DNA of 64,000 bases from the NCBI GenBank assembly GCA_000004695.1, contig CM000153.2, positions 960,001 through 1,024,000 on the forward strand, in the 5' to 3' direction. This document shows positions 1 to 12,787 of the stretch, in pieces (positions within the stretch are counted from its first letter, which is position 1; the number at the start of each line of letters is the position of its first letter). The notes beneath the pieces were generated by a model, which had not been told where the DNA came from, ran no database searches, and was given only the letters and a program-made list of their open reading frames with translations. This stretch comes from Dictyostelium discoideum. Lineage: Eukaryota. The translations under genes were made by a program, and so were the position numbers.

Positions 1-276
1 GTTAATGGTAATGGTGTGAAATTCATTAATAAATCTATTAATTTTTATTTCCTGTAAAATCAATATTAAAAAAAAAAAAAAAAAAAAAAAATGTCTTCAG
101 AAACTTTGGATGGCTCTTTTTAATCAATATTAAAAAAACCTTAGAGTTTTTTAAAGAATAAATAATTAATTTTTTTTTTTTTTTTTTTTTTTTGATTTTT
201 TTTTTTTTACCTAAAAGCGGTGTATTTTTTTTTTTTTTTTGATAAAACACCTCCTCGGCTTTTTAATGATAAAAAA

Positions 277-1657
277 ATGACAGTTGACAAAGGTTTTCTT
301 TGAATGTAAGGAAATGTTAGATTTGCTGTAAGGTCAACTTTAATTTTTTTCACATTTTCTTTAAATCTAAACATATAAAATTGAAAACATTTAAATTAAA
401 AATAGAATTATGGGATTTGATCATCCTAAATTCTTATTTTCATATGAAATTAATAAAAAATAATTAATTTTGTTTGGAGATTCTTTTTTTTTTTTTTTCT
501 TTTTTTTCTCAATTTTTTTTTTTTCCCAATAACCCATAAAAAGTTTTAATCAAATATCAATACCATTTTTAAATTTGAATTAAATATATTTTTGATGGGC
601 ATATCAGGACATCGAGTTTAAAACCTATTCAGACTCCAGAATACAAATTAATTTGAGCGGCAACGTTCATTTCAATCTGCACTTATCTAATCATTAGAGG
701 AATGATTGCAAAATCAAACCTCTGAAGGTTAAAAAAATGCTGAGAAGTAACAGCATTAAAAAAAACATTTAGACCATAGTTGAGAGTCTTAAAATCCAAC
801 CAGTTAGTAGAGACTAAAAATTTACAAAACCATAAACTCGATCTGATACCTGAAATGCCTTTTTTTTATTTTTTATAATCTTAATGGTAATGGAAATCGA
901 AATGGAAATGGTAATGGTGTGACATACCTATTTATATCAACAAAAACAGTATTTTGTCTACAGAAACCTACTTGCAATAAAAGAAGTTTAAGAAGAAAAA
1001 AAATAATAATAAAAATTAAGTTAATTTGTTATAAAAATAAAAATAATAATTTAATTGATAATAATAAATAATATGTACATCATATTATTAAAAATAATAT
1101 AAATATTTATTTATTTACTAAATTATTTATTAATATATTTAATATTTTAAATTAAAAAAAAAATTATTTATTATTTTTTTTTTTTAAAATTGATTAATCA
1201 GTGTTTATCCATTAAAGGAAATAAACAATAGTTAAATAGTATTATGTATTTTATTTTTTAAGAAATTAGTTATAAAAAATTTCCTCAGGCCAGGATTATT
1301 TATTATTTAATCATTAAATTTTATTTTTTAATTATTTAATCTAAAAAAAACATATTATTGCCCATGAGTTTTTAAAATGAGAGACAATGACTGTTATCCT
1401 AAATAAATAAATTAAATAATTAATTAATTAAAAAAAAAGATAGTTTGGAGGAAGGTATTCTTAAATAATTATCAAAGAATTAGAGTTTTTAATTTTTTTT
1501 TTTTATTGAAATCCCACAAAATTATTTTTTATTCAAAATTTCTTAAATAATTAATTTTTTTAATCTTATTAAAAATGTGTAAAACATTTAAGTTGACCTT
1601 ACAGCAAATCCTGCAGTTCCTTCATTCTAAGAAAACCTTTCGCCAACTGTCTTTTTT
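277..1657. mobile_element. Candidate non-autonomous DNA transposon or foldback element bounded by ~85-90 bp imperfect terminal inverted repeats. Left TIR ~277-365, right TIR ~1566-1657. The ~1.2 kb interior is AT-rich with one GC-richer ~260 bp core at 595-860.
   Basis: Left 'gacagttgacaaaggttttctttgaatgtaaggaaatgttagatttgctgtaaggtcaactttaatttttttcacatttt'. Reverse complement of the right end: 'gacagttggcgaaaggttttcttagaatgaaggaactgcaggatttgctgtaaggtcaacttaaatgttttacacattttt'. The core 'atttgctgtaaggtcaactt' is perfectly mirrored. No long ORF lies inside. Confidence 0.35.
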
Positions 1658-1785
1658 ATAATTAATCATTTATTTTGGATAACCATCATTACCTCTTGTA
1701 TTTAATTCTTTAGCAATAAAATATGTTAATTTAAGTTTTTTTTTTAATATTTTATTATTTGTTTTTGTATTACTATATCAATTAC

Positions 1786-1820
<35 letters not shown>

Positions 1821-1971
1821 AAACCAAAGAATAAATAAAATATTATTTAACCATGATGATACATAAAAATTCTTTTTTCATATTTTAAATACCAACCTAT
1901 TTATTTGAAAGTAAACAGAAAAAACAAAATTAATTTATTCAACAATAATTTAAAGAAAAATTTTATTTAAA

Positions 1972-3150
1972 TTAAATTAAAAAAAAAACAATTGTAAAAG
2001 AAAAGATAATAAAAGAAAAAAAGGTTATTGAAATTTTACCACTTGAATTTGATTGAGTAGCTATTAAATTATCTTCATGGGTTGATTGACTCCCACTAGG
2101 ATCACTTTCACTAGAATATCCTTCAATAAGATTTGGATCTGGTGTTTTAGCTTCTTCAATAGAACCTGTAATTGTTGGTTCTTCAGTTTCTTCTGGTTCA
2201 TCATCATCTTCATCATTGTCTTCGTCATCAATATTTGGTTTTCCTTTATTCTTATTCTTATTTTTATTTTCATCTTCATCTTCATCTTCATCATCATCAT
2301 CTTTATTATTGTTATTATTTCTATGATTATTATTTTTATTATTATCATTATTATTTAATCTAGTTGGTTTTTTTGTTTCGTCATCATCATCATCATCATC
2401 AATATTTATTGGTTTATGAGTACGAGTTGGTGTTTTAGTTTCTTCTTCTTCTTTATCATCAGTACCAGCACCTGCTGGTCTACCATCACCATAAAAGAAA
2501 TGATGAGATTGTTGGGATGGAGATGGTGTTGATATTTGATGTTGGGTAATTGCTGGAGTAGTTTGAGATTTTGGTGAAATAGTTTCTGGTGGTTGAGTTG
2601 TTGGGGGAAGAGTCTTTTTAGGTTCTGGTTCAACAGGTTTTCTTGTTGTTGGTAAAGTTGGTTCAATTGATGGTTTTAGTGGTAAAGTTGGTTTTTCAGT
2701 TGGTTTAGTTAACGATTGTGAAAAGGTAGGTTTATTAGTTTCAACTATGACATTTGGTGTTACCTCATCAATACTAATTCCAACATTGATATTTTTTGGA
2801 ATTGAAACACCTTGTTTATAAACTGGTGCCGTTTCATCCAAATCATTTGAAGTTTGTTGGTAATAATTTTGATTGGAATAATAATCTTCATTATATGGAT
2901 TTTGTCTTGATCTTCTTTCACTACCATAACGACTATTGTGTCTATTACGTTGACGTGATTGTGGTTGTTGTTGATATTGTTGTTGGTGTTGGTGTGGTGA
3001 AGACCGAGTATATTCTCCAGTTTCCAAATTATATCCAAATCTTTTATAATATTCAATTTCTGATTTTGAATATGTTGCAGTTGAAAATTGTATTATTATT
3101 AAAAATACAAATATTACCGACATAAAAAAAAATGAATTATTTAATTTCAT
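1972..3150 (-). CDS. Secreted or GPI-anchored-type protein: N-terminal signal peptide, Pro/Thr/Ser-rich linker, acidic D/E/N/K-rich block, C-terminal hydrophobic tail.
   Basis: 392 aa ORF starting with ATG ('[28 protein letters not shown]' is signal-peptide-like). It has a PT-rich mucin-like region ('[31 protein letters not shown]') and ends in the hydrophobic tail '[18 protein letters not shown]'. Confidence 0.5.
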
Positions 3151-3494
3151 TTTTAATATTAAAAAAATAAAAAAAATCTTTATTTTTATATTACAGAATA
3201 AATTAATTTATTTTTTAATTTTTTTGAATTGGATAGATTCAATTAATTAATTAAATTTTTATTTTTATTTTTATTTTTAATTTTTTTTTTTTTTTTTTTT
3301 TTTATTTGTATAGAAAATTATAATTATTTATGTTATAAAAAAAAAATTTTTAAAACAACCAAAAGTATTTATATAAAACTAAACAATGTAAAAATGAAAA
3401 AGTTGTTGAAAAAGAAAATTACAACCACACAACCACTCTCACCCACTACTATTCCTCTTGTCAAAATCAAGTTCAACACATAAACTAATTTTGG

Positions 3495-3536
<42 letters not shown>

Positions 3537-3620
3537 AATGAACCCTATTTGTTTATTTATTTTTTTATTATAATAAAATATAGTTTTTAAAAATAAAATG
3601 AATTTTATCATTAAATTGGG

Positions 3621-3656
<36 letters not shown>

Positions 3657-3769
3657 TTTTCCCCGGAAAAAATTTTAAATTTTTTTTAAAAAACCTTTTT
3701 TTTAAAAAAAAAGGGGGGTTTTTAAAAAAGTTTTTTTTTTTTTTGGGGAAAAAAATTATTTTTTAAACG

Positions 3770-3798
3770 GATTTTTTTTTTTTTTTTTTTTTTAATTT

Positions 3799-3863
<65 letters not shown>
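3770..3863. repeat. Long poly-T homopolymer tract (~85 nt with few interruptions)
   Basis: Direct reading. It lies in the divergent intergenic region between the 1972-3150(-) and TTC1(+) genes. Confidence 0.95.
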
Positions 3864-3864
<1 letters not shown>

Positions 3865-3962
3865 TTTGTTTTTTAAATTTTATATTTTTTTATTTTTATT
3901 TTTTTTTTCTGATTTTACATACCCTCCCTCACATTACAAAACAAACAAATAAACTTTTTAAA

Positions 3963-4287
3963 ATGAGCTCAACAGAAGAATTAAATGATAAATTGAAACA
4001 AGATTTGAAAATTGATGAAGAAAAATCAAATGATAAAGAAACTTCAACAACAGGTGAAATTAAGATTCAAGAGATTAAATTAAAAGATAAATATAAAACC
4101 AATAATGATGATTTAAAAGAAGCAAATAATTTAAAAGTACTTGGTAATAAAGCATATACAGCAGCTGAATATCAAAATGCAATTAATTATTATACTGAAG
4201 CAATTTCAATATTAAAAAAAGAAGATGACAATAATAATGATAATAATAACAATAATGATACCACAAATAATGATAGTGATAATGAAG

Positions 4288-4345
<58 letters not shown>

Positions 4346-4844
4346 AAATATAAATAAAACAAAAAAAGTTAATAAAATCATTGAAATTAGAGAGAATACA
4401 GAAGAAGATATAATATCATGTTTTGAAGAATTATCAATTCTTTATAGTAATAGATCAGCATGTTATTTATCAATTAAACAATATGATTCAGTGATTAAAG
4501 ATTGTAACATTGCATTAGAATTTGAACCAACACCAACAACAATTAAAATTAAAATTTATCATAGAAGAGCTCAAGCTAGAGAACAATTGAATAAATTAAA
4601 AGAATCATTAGAAGATTATCAAGAAATCATTAAATTGGATCCATCATTTCCACAAGCTCAACAAGCTTTAAAAAGATTACCACCAAAAATAAAAGAAAAA
4701 GAAGATAAAGAAAGAGAAGAAATGATGGGTAAATTAAAAGATTTAGGTAATACCATCTTAGGTAAATTTGGTATGAGTACTGATAATTTTCAATTTGTAA
4801 AAGATCCAAATACTGGTGGCTATTCTGTTAATTTTAAAAAATAA
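3963..4844 (+). CDS. TPR repeat protein, TTC1 (tetratricopeptide repeat protein 1) homolog
   Basis: 293 aa single-exon ORF. The TPR motif 'LKVLGNKAYTAAEYQNAINYYTEAI' is present. The C-terminal '[40 protein letters not shown]' closely matches the recalled human TTC1 C-terminus '[40 protein letters not shown]'. A poly-N insertion is typical of Dictyostelium. Confidence 0.8.
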
Positions 4845-5062
4845 AATAAATAAAATATATAAAAAAATAAAAAAATAAAAAAAAACCCTTATTATTCTTA
4901 AATTACTTTATTTATTTGTTATTACATTTGCATAAGTTATTTTTTTTTTTTTTTTTTTTTTCCTAAAAAAAATTGAAATTATTCTAAAATTATTTATATA
5001 AATATATTGATAATTTCTTTTTTTTTTTTTTTTTTTTAAATTTTTTAAATTTTTTTTTTTTT

Positions 5063-5800
5063 TTATTTACAACAACTTGGACCAGTTGAAGTTGGTTGTG
5101 GTTGTTTATTGAGATCGCCTGGTTGAATTGTACCTTCAATTGGTTGATTTCTTCTAACATCATTCTTTAAGATATGATCAACCAAGAAACGTGCTGCTTT
5201 TTCAATATTCATATTTTCTTTAGCACTAGTTTCGAACCAACCAATGAAACCATTATCTTTACAATATTTATCCATATCGTTTGCAGTCTTGATGAATGCA
5301 TCTTTACCTAAATCACATTTGTTTGCTAATAAAACTACTGGAATTGGTTTTTCATCTGCACCATAAGTTACTTTAGAATCAATATCTGCTTTCCATTTAG
5401 CAACTGCTTCAAATGTACTCATTCTAGTAACATCAAATGTAATCATTGCTCCAACTGCTTCTTTATAATAAACTCTTGTCATTGATCCAAATCTAATAAA
5501 TAATAATAAATAATCAAAAATTAATAACAAATAAATAAATTTGAATATAATATTAATAAATAAATAAATACCTTTCTTGACCTGCAATATCCCATAATTG
5601 TAATCTAACTTCGGTTTTTGGATCCCAATTAATCACTTTTAATGCAAAATCTACACCAATGGTTGATTTATAATGCATAGAGAATATATTATGAACAAAT
5701 CTTTTAATAATTGAAGTTTTACCAGTACCAATATCACCAACAACTAAAATTTTATATAAATACTCATTATATCCTTCATCATCAGCTGGGTTGTTTGACT
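5063..5800 (-). CDS. Rab32/Rab38-family small GTPase. Two exons resolved (~5790-5573 and 5494-5063). An upstream ATG-containing exon is required but not located with certainty.
   Basis: Exon A encodes '[76 protein letters not shown]'. Exon B encodes '[41 protein letters not shown]...[20 protein letters not shown]...SCCK', matching Rab32 almost motif for motif. Exon A is preceded by the acceptor 'ttatttag' and an in-frame TAG, so the first exon lies further upstream. Confidence 0.8.
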
Positions 5801-5968
5801 AAATAATAATAAAAAAATAATAAAAAAAAAAAAAAGAATTAATAATTTATTTGATAAAAAATAATAATAAAATATTTATAATTTAAAATTATTATAATTG
5901 TTATTGATTTATTATAATTAAAATAAATTTTAATTTATATTTAGTTATAAATTATTTATTTATTATTT

Positions 5969-6001
<33 letters not shown>

Positions 6002-6296
6002 TTTGCAAATATCCATATAAATATTTTTTTCATTTTTTTATTTTTATTTTTATTTTTTTGCAATGAAACAAACCACCACCACACAAATAATTTAAAAAGT
6101 TTATTTTTATTTTGTCATTTTTATTATACTATCACCCTTTTTTTTTTTTATATATACTAAAAAATAATAATAAAAATAATTATCATACCATTTTATAGTT
6201 TATTTATGAATAAAATCTTTTTTTAAGATTTGTTTAATATTATTTTTTTTGAAAAAAAAAAATGTTTAACGTTAGAAAAAAATGATTTTATTTTTT

Positions 6297-6330
<34 letters not shown>

Positions 6331-6733
6331 GGAAGAAAAGGGTTGTTTTTTTTAAAATTAAAAAAATTTTAAAAAAAAAAAAAAAACTTCTTTTGAATTT
6401 TCTTTTTTTAAAAAATTTTTTTTTTATTTTTTTTTTATTTTAAAATAATTAAAGTGTTGGTACCTAAAAAAAATATGAAAATATTAAAAAAAAAAAAATG
6501 GTTAAAAAAAACAAGGAAATAAATTTTTTTTTTTTTTTTTTTTTCTTACCACTACAACAATCGATCCATCATTTTTTTTATTTTTTTATTTTATTTTTTT
6601 TTTTAATCAAAAATAAATGAAAATCGATTTTTCTAATTATATCTTACAATTTTAACCTTTATCTATCCTGGTGAAGAGATCCAGTTTCTCTATCCTAATA
6701 TTTTTAGAATACTTCAATTTTCAAAACAAACAC

Positions 6734-6785
<52 letters not shown>

Positions 6786-7090
6786 GAAAAATGAGATTAT
6801 TAAAATTAAAATTAAAATAACAAATAAATAAGTTTTTAATCTAATAACAACAGCAAAGCAAAAGAAAAGAATTTTTTTTTTTTTGTACATATTTAAAATA
6901 TATTTTTTTTTTATTATTATTATTTTTTATTTATTTTTTATTTGTTTACAAAAATATAAAACATAACCAATAGGAAGTGGAATTATATTATTACTATTGA
7001 TATTTTGGGTTGGTGAGGGTTTTTTTTTTTTTTTTCTTTCCTTTTTGCTATTGTTTTTTTTTTTTTTTTTATTTTTTATTTTTTATTTTT

Positions 7091-7966
7091 TTATTGACCC
7101 ATCATAATATCTTCAATAACTACTTTAGTTGATAAAGGTGCAATATCTTGTTTTAAAACTGGAGTAGTACCTTGCTTAAAGATGTATGGATTATTTCTAA
7201 ATTTACGTTCATTTGGAGTTTGGTAATTTCTTAAAACTGTAACACCACTTGGCTCAATTACGGTAACATCAACATTACTACCAGAACCTAAATCATTAAA
7301 AATACCACTTGAAATTGCTTCTGCTACAAGTGCAATTGCCTCTTCTTTCTATAAAAATTAAATTAAAAAAAATAAAAAAAAAAGTTAATAAAAGATGTTT
7401 TGATGGTGATTATTTATTTTTTTTTTTTTAAAAAATAATAACTTACAGTCATATCATTTTTATATTTTGCTTCAAATACTGCCATAGCAGCTAAAGAACC
7501 AGAACCCATAGTGACGTATGGTAATTGATCAGTGCTACCATGTGGATAGATAGTGTGTAATGATGGACCATTGATATCGATACCACCGAGAATGAGTGCA
7601 GCACTAATGTGACCTTGATATTTGAATAACATTTGTTTTAACATTGTCAAAGCGGTGATGACACGAGTTTGTTTACCAGTTGATAATTTATGTAATTTTA
7701 ATTTTGAACTGATTAATGCTGTTGCACTCTCGGTATCTGCAGCGGTACCTGCACCACAACAATAGATATTGTCTGCAATGTAATGAATCTTTTCACAATT
7801 TTTATCGGCAACAATTGGACCTTCTGTTGCACGAGTATCTGCTCCTAAAACAACACCTCCCTTATATACAACACCAACAATTGTTGTACCTGTCTTCATA
7901 AATCCTTTCATTCTTAATCCTGTCTTTTCTAAAACATTATTTCTAAATAAAATAATTAATTATTTA

Positions 7967-8050
<84 letters not shown>

Positions 8051-8260
8051 TTTTTTTTAATTCAATTGATTATATAATTCATTTTGATAAATATTATTTT
8101 TATATGTATATATAAATATTTAATATTATTTGTATATTATATTTAAAATTTGTATTAGTATTAAATAGGTAAATATTAAAAATATTATTACTTTTAAAAA
8201 TATATATATTACCTGTTACAGAGATCAAAATCAAAGCCACCTCTATTTAAATTTTCCATT
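7091..8260 (-). CDS. psmB7: Proteasome subunit beta type-7 (beta2), 3 exons (~8260-8213, ~7948-7447, ~7348-7091)
   Basis: Exon 1 encodes '[16 protein letters not shown]' (compare human 'GGFSFDNCRR'). Exon 2 encodes '[71 protein letters not shown]...[34 protein letters not shown]', ending at a GTAAGT donor. Exon 3 encodes '[33 protein letters not shown]...'. Confidence 0.85.
7975..8052. repeat. (TTA)n microsatellite, ~26 units
   Basis: Perfect 'attattatt...' run in the psmB7 upstream intron and intergenic region. Confidence 0.95.
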
Positions 8261-8567
8261 TTTAATAATTTGTTATTTGTATTATAAATATATATATATG
8301 AACTGAGAAAAAAAAATAAAAAAAAAAATTAAATTAAAAAATTTTGATGAAAAAAAAAAAAAAAAATAAAAAAAATTAAATTAAAAATTGTGTGAAGTTG
8401 ACAAAAAATTTTTTATTTTTTAATTTTTTTTTTTTTTATTTTTTTTTTTTATTTATTTTTTTTTTATTTTTTTTTTTTATATTTTTATTTTTTCCAAAAC
8501 TACAATTATAATTATTTTATTTATAATAATATTTATTATTCACTAAAGTGATCAACTATAATTATCA

Positions 8568-8615
<48 letters not shown>

Positions 8616-8948
8616 ATAAAAAATAATATTTTTAAATATTTTATACTTTTGTTTTGATCAAGACAAAATTAATTAATTTTGTTTCCAAATTACTGCTTAG
8701 GCATTTATTTAGTTGTTAAAAAATAAATAATTTTAAAAAATAAAATTAAATAACCTTAAAATAAATTTTGAAAAAAAACAATAATAAATAAGAAATATAC
8801 TCTGGATAATTGACAATTCCTTTTTTTTTTTTTTTTTCTTTTTTTTAATATTATTTATTTATTTATTTAATTATTTTTTTATTTTATATTTTATTTATTA
8901 ATTTATTTTATTTATTATTTTATTTTATTTTATTTTATATATAGTAAT

Positions 8949-11451
8949 TTATCTTGAAGCAACACCAACACTTGAAGTGTTAATACAATTTTGACAGGTT
9001 GGAGTTTGATTTTTATTAATTGTAAAAGGTGTGTTGTGTCTAATTACAACATGACAAGTTGAACATTTGAAACATTTTGGATGATAGTTTTGACCCATTG
9101 CCAACATTGATACACCCAAAATTACACCATGACAATAAGCACATTTATCAACTCTACCACTGTGTAAACAAGTATTACAACAATAGTTACTTGAAGTTGA
9201 TGTCATTTGTTCTCTACTAAAATTATTTCCTCTAATAACTTCCTTACAAGATGAACATTTAAAACATTTATTATGATATTTCTCTTTATCAATTACAATA
9301 ATATCTATAGACATAATAATTAAAAAAAAATAAAAAAAAAATTAAATTAAATTAATATGTGTGTGTTAAATATTTAATAAAATAATAATAATATATTATA
9401 TAATTACCATCTTCTTCAGTTAAAAATTTATAACATGAACAACAGAAACCTAATGAATCTCTTTTTGGTTTTGCTAAATCATTTAAAACGATTTGACATT
9501 TTGCACAAAAGATTTTATTTGTTGATGGTTCAGTGAAATATGGATCAACTATTGATGAGAAACAATTTGAACATTTGAAACATTCTGGATGATAGGTCTC
9601 TTGTAAATGATTTATTAATGTATTACCAAATATTTCAAGTTTACATCTTTTACAATTTTTACCTGATGAAACAATTGTTGTAATTGTTTGTGTGTATACT
9701 TTTTCTTTTGGTCTTTGTGGTGGTAAACTATCAACTTTAATTTGTTGTTGTTGTTGTTGATATGGTTGATGTTGATGATGATGATGTTGATGTGAATGAT
9801 GTTGATGTGAATGATGTTGATGTGAATGATGTTGATTTTGATTTTGATTTTGATGATAATTTGGATCATCAGTAATAAATGTTTTTGAATAACTTTTAAT
9901 ACCATCTCTACCATTATTATTATGTAAATTATGACTATGGTGAGTTGAATCTTCAATTATTAAATTATTATTATTATTATTATTATTTTGAATTGATGAT
10001 TGGGGTGGTTTGTATTGTGTGGTAGTTGTTTTTGTTGTTTCTTGAACATGTTGTTGAACAATTGGTTCATCAGAATGAGAAGGATGCTGATGTTGATGCT
10101 GATGATGAGAATTTTTGATATTATGAGAAACATGATGTTGAATTGGAGAATCAATATGCTTATTTTCAATATGTTGGTGTTGAATACTAATTGGTTGAGA
10201 ATGAGTATGGTGGTGATGTTGGAGAGGTTGATGTTGGTGTTGATTATGATCAAATGAGTGAGGTTGAGAGTGAGAATGTTGATGATGATGGTGATGTGAT
10301 GGAGTAGCATTATGTGGGTGAACAACAGTTGAAAGTGAATGTTGTTGTTGTTGTTGTGGTTGCACTGTAGTTGTTGGTTGTGAGTGTGCATGTGAATGGG
10401 AGTGAGATTGGTGTGGATGAGAATGAGGGTGTTGTGGATGAGAATGAGGATGTTGTGGATGAGAATGGGAATGGGAATGAGAATGTGATTGATGTGGGTG
10501 AGAGTGTTCAAGTGGATTTGGATGAGCATGGTGATCATTTTCTTTTAATTTTGCTGTATGAATATCTTCAACAATCATTGTTCCTGATGGATTTGAAATT
10601 GATAAATCAGAACCAGCTTGAACACCTTTATCAACATATTTAACTTTTGCTTGTTCTTCTTCAGCATCATCATCATGTTCTTTTTGTTGTTGATGGTGAT
10701 GTTCTTTTTTACCAAATGTAAAATCAACATCTAAATGAAGACCACCTTTCTTTGATTTTGATTTATCATCAGGGTTTTCATTGTCATTATCAATAACAAC
10801 AGCAGCGCCACCACCACCAACTTCATGATTATGAATATGGTGACCTTGTCTATGTTTTAATTGTTTTTGTTGTTTTTTCTTTTCTTTTCTAGCTTTACGT
10901 TTTCTTTCATGGTCAGATTCATCTTCACTACTTGATGATGAATCATGTACAGAATCGTCTTCACTATCTGAAGAATCTGACGATGAATTATTATTATCAT
11001 CATTTTGATGGTCATGACCATGTAGATGGTTGTCATTATCTTTATTTGGTAAAGTTTTTGTTGTACTTGTGGTGGTTGTAGTAGTGGTTGTAGTAGTTGG
11101 TTGAGTTGATTTTCCAACATTTGGTGTTGGTTGATATTGATTTAAATCTAATTGAGATTTAGTTCTTGGTGAATTTGATCTATGATCTCCAATTACAACA
11201 GGTTCACTTGGATCAGATGATTGACTATTATTTCCATAAGCAATATTCCCTGGTTTTAAATTATTATTATTATTAGAGGAATAAATTGCAACTGATGGTT
11301 TACTTGGTTGATATGAATCATTTACTTCATTACATTTGTTAATTTTAATATCAACTTGTTCATCTAAATTTTCACCACCTCCAATATGTGGTTGCTTTTT
11401 ATTTGAATTATTTTGGTTATTTTCACCATTATTATTATTATTATAATTATA

Positions 11452-11508
<57 letters not shown>

Positions 11509-12236
11509 TTCGTTATGTTTTTTTAATTGAATTTCTTTGAATTTTTCATCATCTTGAATATTGAAAACATTTGAACCAGTGCTTACATTATTCTTTGGTA
11601 TCATTTCCATTGACGAGATAATATCATCTAAAGAGTCGCCAAAAGAATTTGATCTCTTTGCGTTGGTTGGGTTTTGACCTTTATCAGATTCAACAACAAC
11701 AAATTGATTGACCACCTCTGAAGAAGGAGATGGGGTTGCATTGTATTGAGTAGAGTTATTTGGAACACCAGTATTGGAGTTTGATTTTGATTTTGTTGAA
11801 TTGTTTCCATCATTAATTAAACTACCATGTTTTGGTTCTATTATTTGATTTTCAATTGAAGCTGAATAAACATTTACAGGAGTTTGTTTATTATCACTAT
11901 CATTACTATTATTATTATTATTACTATTGTTATTGTTATTACTATTATTATTGTTATTATTATTGTTTTTATTAGTTGAATCTAAAACAACAGGAATAGA
12001 TTGTTGATCAGCACCATTCTTTTCCATGTACATTAATTCAGGATTACCACTACCACTACCACTACCGCTACCACTGCCGCCACCACTAGAAATACCATTT
12101 GAAGATTTCAAATTGTTTTCAACACTAGTACTTTTTTTAAGATTATTTGAGCCAAAACTAGTTAATGGATTATAGTTGGGTTTTGAATTATTATTGTTGT
12201 TATTATTACTATTATTTGTAGTATTATTTAAATTAC

Positions 12237-12282
<46 letters not shown>

Positions 12283-12603
12283 TGAATTATTACTATTATT
12301 ATTATTAATGTTATTATTATTTGTTGGTTTTACACTATTATTCCAGGTTCTTGGTAAATTTGAAGCATCAACTGGTTTTGAAAATGGTTTTTTCTTTAAC
12401 ACTGGAACATTTGTTGGGTCACCTGGTCTTGGTTTTTTGTAATCCAATTCACAATATGGTAATTTATCAATTTCAAAATAGACATCTGATAAACTACAAT
12501 TGCAACTAACACAAACAAAACAATTTGGATGGTAGTGATATCCAAATACAAATATTGTTTCACCTTCAACTCTTGTGTTACACTTTCTGCAAATAAATAG
12601 CAT
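8949..12603 (-). CDS. Large LIM-domain protein (~1190 aa, 2 exons). It has an N-terminal LIM domain and a C-terminal cluster of ~4 LIM domains. The middle is poly-N/T/S low complexity with His-rich HSHSHP/HPQHPHS repeats.
   Basis: ORFs 9352-12603 and 8949-9314 join through a short intron (donor 'GAAGATG|gtaattatat', acceptor 'ctatag|ATATTATTGTAATTGAT'). The C-x2-C...H-x2-C LIM spacing recurs, for example '[32 protein letters not shown]' and '[10 protein letters not shown]...[12 protein letters not shown]'. Confidence 0.7.
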
Positions 12604-12738
12604 TTTTTTATTTTTGGAAATATTTTTTTTTATTTTATTTTATTTTTTATTTTATTTATTTTTTTTTTTCCAGATATTAAATTGTGTGTAGAAAAAAAAT
12701 AAAAATAAAAATTTTAAAAATAAAAAAAAGGTGGTATG

Positions 12739-12787
<49 letters not shown>

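Noticed and set aside
38-250. 70 aa (-) ORF 'MFYQKKKKNTPLLGKKKK...'
   Set aside because: A translation of poly-A/poly-T tracts, not a credible gene.
9615-10643. Several 85-190 aa ORFs nested in the LIM gene region (both strands)
   Set aside because: Alternative frames of His/Asn codon repeats inside the 1083 aa ORF. No independent start context, and the peptides are low complexity.
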